Shown: piece after piece, positions 36,760-50,601 of the stretch
Layout of the letters: each line of letters begins with the position of its first letter
Numbering within the stretch: position 1 is the first letter of the stretch
Source of the DNA: Octopus sinensis
Lineage: Eukaryota
Reading direction: 5' to 3'
NCBI RefSeq assembly: GCF_006345805.1
Contig: NC_043002.1
Span: 6,200,001 to 6,264,000 of the forward strand
DNA length: 64,000 nucleotides
The notes under the pieces: model-generated
Databases searched by the model: none
What the model saw: the letters and a program-made list of their open reading frames with translations, nothing else
Told to the model about the DNA's origin: nothing
Program-made: the position numbers and the translations under genes

Positions 36760-37329
36760 TATATATAATATATATATATATACTGTACATTCAAAATTGT
36801 AATAAAAAAGCAGCGCTGCTTGTGATTCTTGCCGTTGTTACTCTTGCTATTATTATAGTTTTTTCTTGCTTTTATATTTTCCATCCCCTTCACTATCAAC
36901 CCCCGCACTCATCTTCGGTTCAATCTATTTTGTTGAAAAAAAAATCCAATAATTATCAGTTTGCAAATAAAATATAATTTCATTATAGGTTCAGAGTAAA
37001 TTAAAAGCTGCAAAACATAATTGTTTCCCCCCTCAAGGGGAAGCCTTTTTCCTCTCTGTATTAGGGTGGGATAATTTTGAAGATCAATAGGCCATCATAA
37101 TATACAAACAGATAGTTTGTGATGTTTTAGCGGATGTTGGCGGAACGAGGTTGAGAGGAGTAAATTAACTATAAAATAAAAATTCAAAAAAATGTAAAAT
37201 ACCAGAAAAAAATCAAACAAACACAAGAACAACATAAAAAACCAAAAAGAAAACGACAATTTATATCTTCAAACTTTGCTTTCATTTCATTTAATTTTTA
37301 TCATATTTTTAATTATTGGCTTACTATTA

Positions 37330-37402
37330 CAGTATATTATTATTATTATTATATTATTATTATTATTATTATTATTATATTATATTATTATTATTATTAT
37401 TA

Positions 37403-37451
<49 letters not shown>

Positions 37452-37560
37452 TTATTATTATTATTATATTATTATTATTATTATATTATTTTTAATATTA
37501 TTGTTATTATTATCATCATTACTATTATTTCTTATTTTAATTAATTTATTTATTTATATT
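37330..37560. repeat. Degenerate (TAT)n array
   Basis: Direct reading. Confidence 0.9.
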
Positions 37561-37679
37561 CAAATTATAATTTGTCTATGATGTGATCAAAATATTCCCT
37601 CTTCATCTTTTAAGACATAAAACTGAAATATATACTTCAATAACAAAATATATTATCATTTATCATTTGTATGTGTACG

Positions 37680-37746
<67 letters not shown>

Positions 37747-38393
37747 ATAACACATACACACACATATGTATATAGTACACATAGACATATGTACATACAC
37801 ATATGCATACATACATACATATATACATACATACATACATACATATATACATACATACATACATACATACATACATACATACATACATACATACATACAT
37901 ACATAAACACACATCGTAGATGGAACGTTTAAATAGCGAAAATATATATGTATTAAAAAACAATTTCAAAGCAATTATAAATGTAAGAGATGATTAGTTG
38001 GAAGAACAATATAATAAATATTTAGATTTTAGACAGAAATGCTATATTATCTGAAACGAAAACCTATCAATTGCTTTATTTCAGTCCCTTTGGAGTTGAA
38101 TTAAAACACAAAGCTTTCAGAAATGATCGAAAATTATTACAATTTCTCTCATTTTCATATAATGATAATAAAAACAATTTAATAGGAAAGAAAATGTCGT
38201 TGAAACCGAAACAATAAATGAAACTAAAACCCGAACTGATCTAGTCTTTATTTCATGTATATCTTTACTATAACTAGACCCATTCACCGTGCCCGTTCTT
38301 TATTCTGAATATCAGAATAGCAATTCTCCACTGAGCAATGAATATATTTCATCGTTTGACCCTTTTTACACATATCTTTGAATCAAGCAGTCG

Positions 38394-38498
<105 letters not shown>

Positions 38499-38584
38499 CC
38501 TATCTATCTATCATACACACATATATTCAAACGCGGATATATATATATATATATATAATATATATATATATATACATAATACAT

Positions 38585-38615
<31 letters not shown>

Positions 38616-38619
38616 GATC

Positions 38620-38904
38620 GTGGCTCTCCGTCGGTTGCGACGACGAGGGTTCCAGTTGATCCTATCAGCGGAACAACCTGCTTGGGAAATTAATGTGCAA
38701 GTGTACCCTTAGTGTAGTTCTCAGGGAGATTCAGCGTGATACAATATGTAACAAGGCGGGCCCCTTTGAAATAAAGGTACAACAGAAAGAGGAAGAAAGA
38801 GTGGAGAAAGCAGGATTCGCTACCACCGCCTGCCGGATTTTAAATGTTTTCGCTCAATAAACACTCACAACTGGCAATGGAAACCGCGACCCTACGACCG
38901 CGAA
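38620..38904 (-). mobile_element. Chimeric SINE: SINE-C head/body joined to a SINE-D-type tail
   Basis: 38786-38904 matches the SINE-C head (gtttattgagcgaaaacat...); 38620-38785 matches the SINE-D tail (tttcaaagggg...ctccctgagaactac...ggaaccctcgtcgtc). Confidence 0.7.
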
Positions 38905-39386
38905 CACATTTTTCTTCTTTCTTTTTTTCCTTCCTTTCTTTCCCTCTTTTTTCTATTGACATTAAGAAAAAACACTTTTTTACACCTGTTGAGCTGGCTG
39001 AACCAAAGTAAGCATCTGTTCTAGCCACCTACTTAAAAATATATATTCTTTTACTTTTCTCTTTGTCGCTTGTTCAAAACGATTCCTTTCAGATACACAG
39101 GGACACACACACGCACGCATGCACACACACAAACAAACTGTCTCTCACACTTTATCCCTCCACTATCTCCCCATTCCTCTCCGTCTTTTCCTACACTATA
39201 CACTCAACATTACTCTTTTTCTCCCTCTCTCTCTCCACCCAAACCCATTCACTAATAATATAAAAAGAGACAAATCCTTTCACAAGAGTTAAATCTGAAG
39301 AATCTATTTGGGAAGATGAAAGCGCTTATATGTGATTTGTAAAAACATGTGACATGTTAATAAATATTTGTATATGCACAACCATT

Positions 39387-39477
39387 CAGATCTCTGAATA
39401 CCTTATTTTTTTAATATGTATGTATATATATATATATATACGTACATATTAGAAAAAATAAGGTATTCAGAGATCTG
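39387..39477. repeat. 91-bp near-perfect palindrome centred on (TA)n
   Basis: cagatctctgaataccttatttttttaatatgta versus tacatattagaaaaaataaggtattcagagatctg (1 indel). Confidence 0.9.
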
Positions 39478-40199
39478 TACACACACACACACACATATAT
39501 TTATGTATATATTTATTCATTTATAGATGTTACTACAGTGACAGAGGGTCATTGCTAGAAATAGGAGTCAAATCGACTCATTAGTCACGAAAGCACTATC
39601 TTAGTAAACTAACAAGCGAGACAACGCTTCCTACAGTCTCCGATAAAGTCATACCAAGTGATGTCGAAGTTTCATGCAGAGCATCTTAGTTTTCGTCAAT
39701 GGCACTTATTGCGCCTAAAGTCAAGCTCAACTCACCTTGGCAATTTATGAGAAAAACCTTTGTAAGACGGTAGAAGTGAAAAACGATAAATAATGTGGGT
39801 GGCTTATTAGCAATTTTAACAACTTACAGGTAAATTTATTGACGTCACTAGAGTGATAATGGGTACAAAGTGGTACCAGCACATAGGCCATAAAAGCACT
39901 ATTTTAGTAAACTGATGAAACAAATTGAGGAACTGGATAGAATTCAAAATCATGATCCTTGTACATCTATTACGTTATTCTACGGTTTTTTTAGCTGAGA
40001 TAGTATGTTAAATTCCTCTAGTTTGCTCCATTTATGTTGGTCCGTTACATATTTTCAGTAAGATTAGTAGTGTTGGGTTTTTTACCTCCACTCTCTAGCA
40101 AGCTGGTGCATCGAGTACCCTCTAATATAATTAAGAATGCACACACACAGACACCCAGACACACACACACTGAAAGAGATATGTGAAAGTATGTGTCTG

Positions 40200-40400
40200 C
40201 CTCAGTGTCATGCCGTTTACAATGACGAGGGTTCCAATTGATCAGATCAAGGGAACAGCCTGCTCTTGAATTTAATATGAAAGTGACTGAGCACTCTTCA
40301 TTCACGCAAACCCTTAACGTAGTTCTTTGAAAGATTCAATACGACACGATGTGACAAGGTTGGTCTTTTAAAATACAGCTACTACTCATCTTTTGCCAGT
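40200..40400 (-). mobile_element. SINE-D tail fragment
   Basis: caatgacgagggttccaattgatcagatc...aaatacagctactactcatcttttgccag matches 35255-35450. Confidence 0.7.
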
Positions 40401-40896
40401 TGTTGGATAGCAGCAACAAAGCTCCACGATGCTCCGGCAGGGGGGGGGGTGACCCCTGTTGTACTCTTTCGCTCCAACTTAAGAGAGATTTGGTTGATAT
40501 TTCTACCAGGTTGAGTGACCATGCACTTGGTTTGTCAGATCTATGTTTACATTTGTTGCTAGAACTGATGGGAATATTCGACCAAATATTCGATAAAATA
40601 AATAGCAGGCTTTACAAAAAATAATAAGTACTGGTGTCGATTCGTTCGACTAAAATTCTTCCAGGTGGTGCTCCAGTATGGTCGTAGTGCAATGACTTAA
40701 ACGAGTAAAAGGTAAAAGATTATGTGCCACTCTGAAATTTTAGTCTGTTAATGAAACAGCGAAGAAGTTTTGCTTTATGAAAAGAATTCCATGAATAAAA
40801 GGAATGGGGAAAATGTGTGAGATTTTTCTAAATTCGTTTGTAAACTTTTGCATTTGCGTATATCTAAATTCCAACGAAGGATCATTGTTTGTTAAT

Positions 40897-41110
40897 TTTT
40901 ACTTTTTTTATTTACTTTTTACATGTTTCAGTTATCTGACTGTGGCCATGCTGGAGCACCGCCTTTAGTCGAGCAAAGCGACCCCAGGACTTATTCTTTG
41001 TAAGCCTAGTACTTATTCTATCGGTTTCTTTTTGCCGAGCCGCTAGGTTACGGGGACGTAAACACACCAGCATCGGTTGTCGAGCGATGTTGGGGGGAAC
41101 AAACACACAC
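40897..41110 (-). mobile_element. SINE-B 3' half
   Basis: tgactgtggccatgctggagcaccgcctttagtcgagc...gggggaacaaacac. Confidence 0.85.
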
Positions 41111-43077
41111 ACAGTGAAAAAACTTCTTTCTTCACAGGAAAAATTCAAAGATGAAAGCGAAATAGGGTTATACATCAACGAATATCAATGTACAAACACA
41201 TGTTTATCTATATAAGTAACGTGGTGGCAAAGGATACCTAGGAATCCGTCTTTCTTTGTGCCCCCGCCCCCTCCCTCTCTGTCAGTGCGTCTGTGCGTGC
41301 CCTTGTATATTTGTGTATGAGTGTGTGTATGTGTGCATATGTGTATGTGTGTATTATGCGGTTGTCTGTTAAGTGTGCGGAATTGGTACACTAAACATGC
41401 ACTAAAGACCGTTCATAGAGTCTAAAGAATATATAATATTAATAGTGACTGTATACTTCGAAGTTTCTGTTATGAGAAGCCAGCTTTAACGATGAAACTT
41501 CGAAGTAAAATGTTGTTAATGCATGTATGTGTGAGTCTATATTTGTACATACATGTACGTACATGTGTTTTTGAGTCTGTGTATATATGTACTTTTATGA
41601 TGTCAGACTAAGAATTAAGATTAGAAGACACCATAAGTGGAATCAAAATATAAGAAACAAAGAGGGAGAGAGAGAGAGAAAACGGAGGAAGAGTAAACGC
41701 TGGGAAATGAGATAAAGAGATTGAGATCTATAGAAAGTGCACATAAGATAAACCGAGAAAGAGAGACAGAAAAAGATTGGGTCAGAGAAGAGATGTAAGC
41801 GAAATAGAGGACCGGGAAGAGTCTGGAAATCTAGAATCGAAATGGATACAAACAGCGTAGAAAACAAATGACACAAAAATCAGACACACAGACAGACATA
41901 CGAACCGCCGGCCGGACAGACAATCAGTGTAAAGATAAACAAAGTCTAAGCTATCCATACATATTACATAGGATTTTGTCGTTCCAGACGGGGAGGTACT
42001 CGCTCGAGCGACTAACAAAGTTTAGACAAAATAAGACTTGACGCAAAGACATATCTTAGATGGTTTAGTCATTTATATGTTCTTGCAGTCACAGGAGACA
42101 GGACTTACGGCACATCTTACGCCACAACAATCTTCAGAAATCTATTTATCAAATTAAGTTCTGTAATTCCTTTTTCCGCCCAGATTTAAATGCATCACGA
42201 AGAAGATAGATGCTTATTAAACACGCAAATGTTTGCATTCGTGTTATGGTACGCACACACTCACACACGAACAAACATTTACACACACGCACACAAACAT
42301 TTTTACACACGTACATGCACGCACAAACATTTAATCACACGCACATGCACGCATGCCAACTTACACAAATACACTATTAACATGCTATGTCTATAGATAC
42401 ACGTGTGTGTATTTTCACACTGGTATCCAGGTATTTGAATACAGTGATCTTCTGTGAAACTATTTCAGATTCATTGAAGATAGGAATACATACGCGCGCA
42501 CACACACGTCACAGGTTTTATCTCTCCATAAGCAGGAAGGAAAATCAATCTGATTGCTTCCTAGTTATGTTATACTTTGATCTTCTGATCACATGGTGAC
42601 CAGTGGCTCTTAGCTGTTGTAGTGAATACAATCTCGGGCAGTTTCCACGCGCTATATATTACCAATTTTCTGTCCATAGAAACACCAGAACCTCATATCT
42701 ATTTATATTATCTACAAACTCGGGTAACAGAGCTGAACTAAACATTCAAGAATAAGTAGTTCATAGGTTTTCTGTTTGTAGATGGATCGAAGTCGCTAAT
42801 CATGGTGAGCGGCGGTAATCACTAGGCAAACAAATCGAACTCTTCTTCGACTTTTAGAATTCAAAATTACTAGACAGACTGTAAATCGAAGAACAGCACG
42901 ACTAGTTACGCCTGGTGATTAATGTTTATCATGACTTTTTCCTACCTCTTACAAAATGTCTCAGTCACACGTTAATTTGCTGAATGAAGGAAAGAAAAAT
43001 AATTTCAATATCAGTGGGATATTAAGTCGGAAGGACGAAATTAAATATTGCAAACTACCATCTTTGACGCTCTATAA

Positions 43078-44496
43078 CAGTGGTGGGCAGACTTTTCAGA
43101 GCGAGGGCCGCATCAGTGGGCCATGAAAGTCAAAGTGCCGCACCTCTTAACATCGATCGGTGCGCTTTAAAATAATGCAATTTATAGACAGCACGGTTAA
43201 TAAAAACAAACATTCAAAATCTAGAACAAGCAATTTAATGGGAAACATGTTTCTGGTCACAATTCTGCTTTACAATTCTTTTAAAGCCTGGCACAAAGGT
43301 AAGGGTAGAAACTCTTATCACTGCATTTAATTTTGTGTCTGATACCATGCACCTGTTCTTGGGCTTATTTATCTTCATGCAGAAAAAAACTCTGTTTACA
43401 GGTGTAAGTGGAACCAAAAATAGAGAAAAATCTGGTAGCAAAATTTCTTAAATACGGAAAAGCATTAAACAGAGTGAGTTGTAAAACTTTACTAAAGGTA
43501 GGAAGTGAAAACTTTCCTTCTATGAATGATCAGCAATTCTTCGGTGATACGGAAATTCTCATCCACTCCACGTACGAAAATGGTAACCGTGCAGCATCTT
43601 GGAATGCCGATACTCTCATCAAATGGTAACGAATAGTAAACAAAATCTTTACTTGCATCCCTCGGGTGTTGAGCCAACTCCTCACTGATTATTATTTTTA
43701 TACGTCGCATGACAGTCCTCCTCAATAATGAAAAGGGCTAAACATAGAGGGGACAAACAAGGACAGATAAAGGGATTAAGTCGATTACATCGACCCCAGT
43801 GCGAAACTGGTACTTTATTTATTGACCCCGAAAGGATGAAAGGCAAAGTCGACCTCGGCGGAATTTGAACTCAGAACGTAACGACAGATGAAATACCACT
43901 AAGCATTTCGCCCGACGCGCTAACGTGTCTGCCTTGCCTGCAACGCAGTATCGTGAATTGATGATTACTTCTTGAATAGAGTTTGTTGCTTGTTCAATTT
44001 TGCAACATATTGCACAGCCTTTTACATCTGTTCTTCATCGGTCATTTTGCGTCCAAATTCTCCGTGTTTTGTTTAGTAGTGCCGCTTCAAATTATACTCC
44101 TTTAACACGGCAATCGTCTCCAGGCACAGTAAACACGCCGCTTTATTTTTAGAACTGGTGGAGAAATACTTTTGTATCCATTCTTCATTAAATGCACAGC
44201 ACTCATCCCCAATTTTACGTTTTTTTAGGAGACATGCTGGTAGGGTTGGAGAGATCGTGTTGCTGTGCAAGCGACTATCAATAATAACTACGCATGCAAA
44301 ATATCGTGTGCATGTGCAGAAAGTATGTAACCATCGGAAAATGGGGCATACATTTCTATGACACTGAAAACATTAGTCTCGCTTAGCACAAACATGTTGA
44401 CTTTCACAAAAAGTTATTGATTTTTTTTTCTAATTTGCTGAAGGCTTCCGTCAGCGGCGCAGAACCCCGTAAAGGGTCACAGTTTGCCCACGCCTC
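43078..44496 (-). mobile_element. Internally deleted hAT transposon (SPIN/Charlie, GTF2IRD2-like transposase) with TIRs and 8-bp TSD
   Basis: N-terminus KRKIGDECCAFNEEW...CLLCLETIAVLKEYNLKRHY; YYSLPFDES...IFVRGVDENFRITEELL; C-terminus GSTYTCKQ...MKINKPKNR...KLNAVIRVST...VSH*; TIRs cagtggtgggcagac / gtttgcccacgcctc (10/15); TSD ctctataa 43070-43077 and ttctgtaa 44497-44504. Confidence 0.85.
43733..43938 (-). mobile_element. SINE-A nested in the hAT element
   Basis: Standard SINE-A sequence interrupting the transposase remnant. Confidence 0.85.
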
Positions 44497-44800
44497 TTCT
44501 GTAACATTCAGATTTAAGTATACAAAATTTAATACTACCCTCAGTAATATATATTCTGACAATACTATTTACAGTGTTATAAAAATTGAAAGTATTCTGA
44601 TTTTGACACACAGCTATACCAGTTTTAGGTAAGGTTGCTAGTAGATTTAATGGCTCCGGTATATTATTGATCCCTAAAAAAATGAAATACAATTTCGAGC
44701 AGAATGTAAAGAAAGAGTTGATGGTACCTCTATGCAGTCACTCGACCTACGAGAAACATCAGCCATATTTTTTTTAAATCAGAACACGTAAGAACATATT

Positions 44801-45182
44801 CTTTTACTCTTTTACTTGTTTCAGACATTTGATTGCTGCCATGCTGGAGCACCGCCTTTAGTCGAGCAAATCGACCCCAGGTCTCTTTTTGCCAAACCGA
44901 AAAGTTACGGGGACGTAAACACACCAGCATCGGTTGTTAAACAATGTGGGTGGGGGGACAAACACAGGCACACAAATACACATACACATATACATATATA
45001 TGTATATATATACATATATACGACGGGCTTCTTTCAGTTTCCGTCTACCAAATCCACTCACAAGGCTTTGGTCGGCCCGAGGCTATAGTAGAAGACACTT
45101 GCCCAATGTTCCACACAGTGGGAATGAACCCAGAACCATGTGGTTGGTAAGAAAGCTTCTTACCACACAGCCACTCCTGCGC
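44801..45182 (-). mobile_element. Full-length SINE-B
   Basis: Reverse complement of 19811-20200. Confidence 0.9.
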
Positions 45183-45952
45183 ATATATTGATGAATGTTA
45201 TTCTAGCAGCAAAAAAATAATAAATAAATAACATGGAGAACGTCAATGATTCATTAGTTTGCTATCGAAAAATTTGTTTGAAATATTATGTTTACGACAT
45301 TAATACCCTATGGGATTAATATTTTGAATAAAGAAAGTAATGAAAATGCTTATCAGTGAATTGAACCTGTATCGTGGAGTCAGATCGCCGAGGTCTTACT
45401 ATTAGCAGGCAACGAAAACTAACAACCAATTTGCGAATACAAAATACAAAAAATAAAAAATTCCCTGCAGAATGACATTAGTCCATAATTGTTATGTCGT
45501 CCTGTGACGGCCATGATAGATTTGAGATTGAAAATCGTTTCCATCTATAATGTTGTTTGAGATTAAGTTACTAGCATTTTATTTATTTATTATCACTTTA
45601 ATTTATTTTCATTTTCATTTTAGCCAAACAAATCTTTGTGTCACTTGATGAAATATTATTGCCTGATCTAAGTGGGTTTCAGTCTCCATTGAAACTAGGC
45701 TACGCAAAACTTATAAAATCAACACTGAGCGAAGATTAGTAGAACACAAAATCCATAACTTTCTTCCCACAAAAAAACGAAAGGAAGTTGGGAAATAAGA
45801 TACATCCATGTAAAATACAAAAATTAGACATACAAAGATGGAAGTTGTGGATAAGATGTTGTTCAAAGGATACAAATTTAAGCTTGTTAAAAGAGTAAAA
45901 ATATCAGATTTATCATCATTATCATCTCTACCAACATTATAATTTTTTTAAT

Positions 45953-46160
45953 TGGTTTCAAATTTTGGCACAATGCCAGCACATTCGGTGAGTGGTTAAG
46001 TCATGTACATCGGTCAAAGGTCTTAATTGGTACTTATTTTATCGACTCCGAAAGTATGACAGGCAACTTCAGCGGAATTTGAACCCGGAACGTTAAGACG
46101 GGTGAAATGCTGCTGAGCAGTTTGCCCGTCATGCTAACGATTCTATCTGCTCGCCACCTT
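45953..46160 (-). mobile_element. SINE-A with alternative tail (T2)
   Basis: Head aaggtggcgagcagatagaatcgttagc; tail gcattgtgccaaaatttgaaacca. Confidence 0.75.
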
Positions 46161-46190
46161 ACTATCATTATTATTATTACCAAAAAGTCT

Positions 46191-46405
46191 AATGCAGTGA
46201 GCTGGCAGATTCCTTACTACAGCGGGCTAAGTGCTTAGCGACATTCTCTCCGTCTTTACGTTCTGAGTTCAAATTCCGCTGAAGTTGACTTTGTTTTTAG
46301 TCCTTTCGGTGTCGATAAAATAAGTATCCGTTGAGCACTGGAGTTGATGCTATCGACTTACCTCCTTCTCCGAAATTAGTGACCTTCTGCCAAAATTTAA
46401 AACTG
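46191..46405 (+). mobile_element. SINE-A with alternative tail (T2), head-to-head with the previous copy
   Basis: gcagtgagctggcag...gagttcaaattccgctgaagttgactttg...gaccttctgccaaaattt. Confidence 0.75.
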
Positions 46406-47608
46406 ATATTACCGAAAAGACTAGCAAAAACAGCAATAAAGCTTTGATAGAATATGCTTCGGCACGTGAAGTTATGGTTATTTTCTTTTTGAGTTCAAAT
46501 TCCACTATGATAGACTTTGTCTTTCAACCAACAATATTATGAACTGGGTTCATATAATTGTGTATATCAGACTGTTCTTAGCGCTATCCAGGGTATGTAA
46601 TGCATTAGTAAAGCAACAACTGCACCAGGTTTGTCTAAAGATGAAGGCAACTAGTTATATAAGGCCTTTCAAAAAGACAGATGAACCTGACAGAGTCAAC
46701 GACTATTATGTTACAATGATACAGTAGGGATATAGGTAAACATAGGTTGATGAATGAGTGCACAATAAGATTTTGAGATTCATGAATCGCTAGCACTCTC
46801 AGTATTGACAGAGATTGTTTTGATTCGCTGCAACTCGGTTACGTATCTTATGTTTTGTATTCTGGTATGTATGTGTGATTAACTTTGATGTATTTTTGAT
46901 AATACTGGACAAACATCAGCAAAGGGAACTCCACGCATCATGTGGACTGCAGTGATATGGGGTCTTGTTTGGTTTTGCAGGTTTATCTTCCCCAGTGTTT
47001 GTACCTTTGTGTCTGGTACATGATACATACTGCGACAGTTCAGGTTACACAATTAGAAACAGAGAAAGAAACTAACGGAGGGCATATGAACACATTCCAC
47101 TTAATCGAAATTCTTTATGTCCCTGTTCAGACAAAAACACTTCGAGTTCCATTTTTAGTTATACGATTTCTTTATACATATTCAGAGGAAGAGTTCATTT
47201 TTATCGTCAGTGCCAATACTTCTAAATCTGTGGCCTTCTGTTTATGCTTAAAAATCAAAATTATCTACATTATCATAGGAGGTATTAACAATAGTAGTGG
47301 ATCTAACAATGGGGCGTTTATACTGCCGCCCAAAGAATTAGCAATAGCAAACTCACTAACCTTTAAAAAATAGTAAGGGATGTTTTTAATAGTATCTCTA
47401 TTCACTCAATATTGATCTAGAGCTGAACAACAACATCCTAATCGCTATCATGAGCTAATGAGTGAGTGTGTATGCAGTTTCACCCTAAAGTTACACCGTT
47501 CCGTCTACTAAAACAGAAAAATGAACAGTGATGAATGTGGTTTCATATTTGAAAAAATGAAAAGATAGAAATTTTACGAGAAGAACACTGTCAATCATAT
47601 GTTTCCTG

Positions 47609-47908
47609 TGAAGGCACATGGCCTAGTGGTTAGAGCAGCGGACTAGCGGTCGAGGGATCGCGGGTTCGAATCTCAGACCGGGCGATGTGTGTGTTTATGA
47701 GTGAAACACCTAAGCTTCATGCGGCTCCGGCAGAAGGTAATGGCGAACTTCTGCTGACTCTTTCGCCACAACTTTCTCTCACTCTTTCCTCCTGCATCTT
47801 GCAGCTCACCTGCGACGGACCGGCGTCCCGTTCAGGTGGGGAACCTATACGCCAAGGAAACTGGGAAACCAGCCCTTATGAGCCAGGCATGGCTCGAGAA
47901 GGAACAAA
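47609..47908 (+). mobile_element. tRNA-derived SINE-C (tail type 2) with perfect 17-bp TSD
   Basis: A box tggcctagtgg, B box gggttcgaatc; TSD caatcatatgtttcctg at 47592-47608 and 47909-47925. Confidence 0.92.
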
Positions 47909-49905
47909 CAATCATATGTTTCCTGCATTTGGGACAGCCTGACCTAAGAAACAACAACATCAATACGAAAATCAATATCCTCACTATTGTTATTTGACAT
48001 CTATTTCGTCGTTGTCATTGTCATCGTTGACGTCATTTTATTTCCCCACTTGTCTCTGTCTCCATTGACATGGATGCAGATGAAGTTCAGCTCCAAACTT
48101 TTATAGGTTGACTTTAATTTCAAAAACAATATGGGATGTAACAGACTTCAATAAGATGTAGTTTTGAGTAGAAGAATTTGTAAAATTAATATTTAATAGA
48201 CCTGAGGAAAAAAACTGATATTCAGAAAATGTGAGGAATTCAGAAATAAGTGGTGACTACATGAAACGGACTTATAAGAAGTTGACAAATAGGCAGATAC
48301 TTTGGAGGAGATACCGATGTAGTTGTAATGAAAGAGAATAAGAGAAGAATCAGCACTATTTGCGCTACAGAGCTCATAAAGTCAAGCTAAGGTACCTGTG
48401 TGCGTGTATGTGAGCTTATGTAGAAGTAAGTATGACCAGACAGTTAGGAAATTAGCCTCGTAATTACCAGGTTGCTGGTTCGATTCTATTGTGCAGTAAT
48501 ATGAGTAACAGTCTTCTACTACAGTGGAGAGTCAATTCAAAGCTGATAAATAAAATTGAGTTGATAGAAAATGTGTCGATATCTGTCAAATGAAATGTCA
48601 CGGCAATTCAGAAAGCCAAGCATGCCCCCCACAGCTAGATTCTGATACATAAAACAGATTTCCGTTATAAAACTAATTCCATTATTTAAACTTTGTGTAT
48701 TACTACTTGCTAGTATAAACATCAATTTTTTTCAGACCCTACTATTTACTAAGCATATCTAAGCTGACAGCTTCGGAGGGCAACCTCGTTGACAAGCAAT
48801 GATGAAGTGTTATGAAGATTGCCGGAGGAAGTTAATTTAAAACTCATTTAGCTAATAACAATCAACTGGAGAATTATGATGTTGAACCAGTATTAGTCAG
48901 ATGACTGATCCAGTGATTTATAGGATTCGGGATCTGTAAATAGCTATGCCGATAGGATTTCGATGTTAAAAACAATTTGGCCAGCCAATATTTAAAAAAC
49001 TATTTATAATACGAGCTAAGAAGAAAGCCTCTTCGTGATCTGTTATCAAGATAGAAATATTTGCCCGATGGTTCTCAGCTCAAACTTCACTGCCTCAACA
49101 AGAAAACAAAAAAAAAAAACACAAAAAAGAAAGTAAAGATTTCCTGGATAATGTAATTTAATATAAGCCCTCGGAAAAGAGAAGATGACCGCAGCTAGAA
49201 TGCCTTTAATAATAGGTCTAACTCGACCAGGGAAGTGACAACAACTAAGTGACAACAACATTTTAGCGGTAAGATGCAGTTTCCAGATACATTTTCTGTA
49301 ACTAATGCATAATAACTTCAATATAAATGCATTTTGATCACGTCTACTGTTAGACTCAGGTTATCACCGATGGATTCGACGGAAAATTAAAAGTATTGCT
49401 ACCATATGTATTCTGCCTTTTTGTATACGAGGAATTACATTATCCACAGTCTTTATTTTTAAGATGGCGATATGTGATTTGAGAAAAGAAACTTGGGTGC
49501 TATTTTTAGCAAGACGAACATCTACACAAGTTGGCTAATCTTTTGAATTCTTATTAGTTACTTAAGCATAAATTGTAAATGACTGTAAGCGCTACAAAAT
49601 GGATATCATAGATTTGAACAAATATAAAATACATATCCCACATAGATATGATAGCAGGCTATCACACCGAACATTTCTTGATGAGTCGATATCTATTCTT
49701 GATGGTTAAGTGAAAAGGTCGGATAAGTAACAATGAAATAATAACTCGTTCCAATATATAAAGAAATACATACATTAAATCGAAATTTAATTCCTACAAG
49801 ATGTATAATATACCTTATATATACCCCTATCCATTTCTTCCTTTACACTGTTGATATATCAGTGGCAGAACTCTTAACGCATTCCACAGGTGGATGGCAT
49901 GATAA

Positions 49906-50284
49906 TCTCTCTATATATAAACGGCAAAATGTATGTGTGTGTGTGTGTGTGTGTGTGTATCCTTCATACAAATCCACAATTTTTCAGTTAGAGGGCTCGC
50001 ACTTTCTATGGTCGTTCAAAACCGTCCAAGGGTGGTCGTGCATTCTTTACATTTCCCCAGTCACCCCGCAAAGCCATTAAAAAATCAATAGAAGTAACTT
50101 TTCTGTGAATTTTCTATCCAAAACCCAATCAAAATGCCCGAAACTTGATACGCCAATTGAATGCCAGCTAGCTGTATGTGATTGGTCGGAGATTTGGACA
50201 GTACTCGCATGTATGTGCGCATGCACGCAGCTGTATATGCATGCACTAGCACTATGACCCAGCGTTGCCGGGTTAGAGTGCTAG
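49906..50284 (+). mobile_element. Non-autonomous Helitron, copy 1
   Basis: A|TC start, subterminal GC-rich hairpin, CTAG|T end, no TSD; near-identical copy at 58794-59156. Confidence 0.85.
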
Positions 50285-50601
50285 TGAGAGAATATTTTAT
50301 GATTTGACCACCGTACGAGACTTTCTCACATAAGACATTATCATAGGATCGCTTTAAGTTAGTATTCCTGAACAGCGGAACTCTTGATAGTTGGTGGTGA
50401 TGTTTTTTAGGTCCTGGTGAAGGAATCACGAATGAAAAGCTTCAGCCTTGGGCATCCTGTATTTTATTCAGTCAACCCTGTATGTGACCTTACAATCTTA
50501 ATGAACTCTTCCGTTTAAAGACGGTGGTTTGAATGAGATTTGACTGGCTGCACAACCAATCGTATCTTTCTTCACAGTTATTTAGTTATTGTTGTTGCTG
50601 T

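Noticed and set aside
41454-41507. 14-bp perfect inverted repeat with a 26-nt spacer
   Set aside because: Short, partly self-palindromic and single; no family or functional context
46510-46600. Apparent exon TLSFNQQYYELGSYNCVYQTVLSAIQ with a GTATGT donor
   Set aside because: The acceptor and first codons derive from a decayed SINE-A fragment, and the acceptor is weak
46942-47373. 143-aa ORF with a strong internal acceptor at about 46980
   Set aside because: No convincing donor or recognisable domain; the frame is ambiguous
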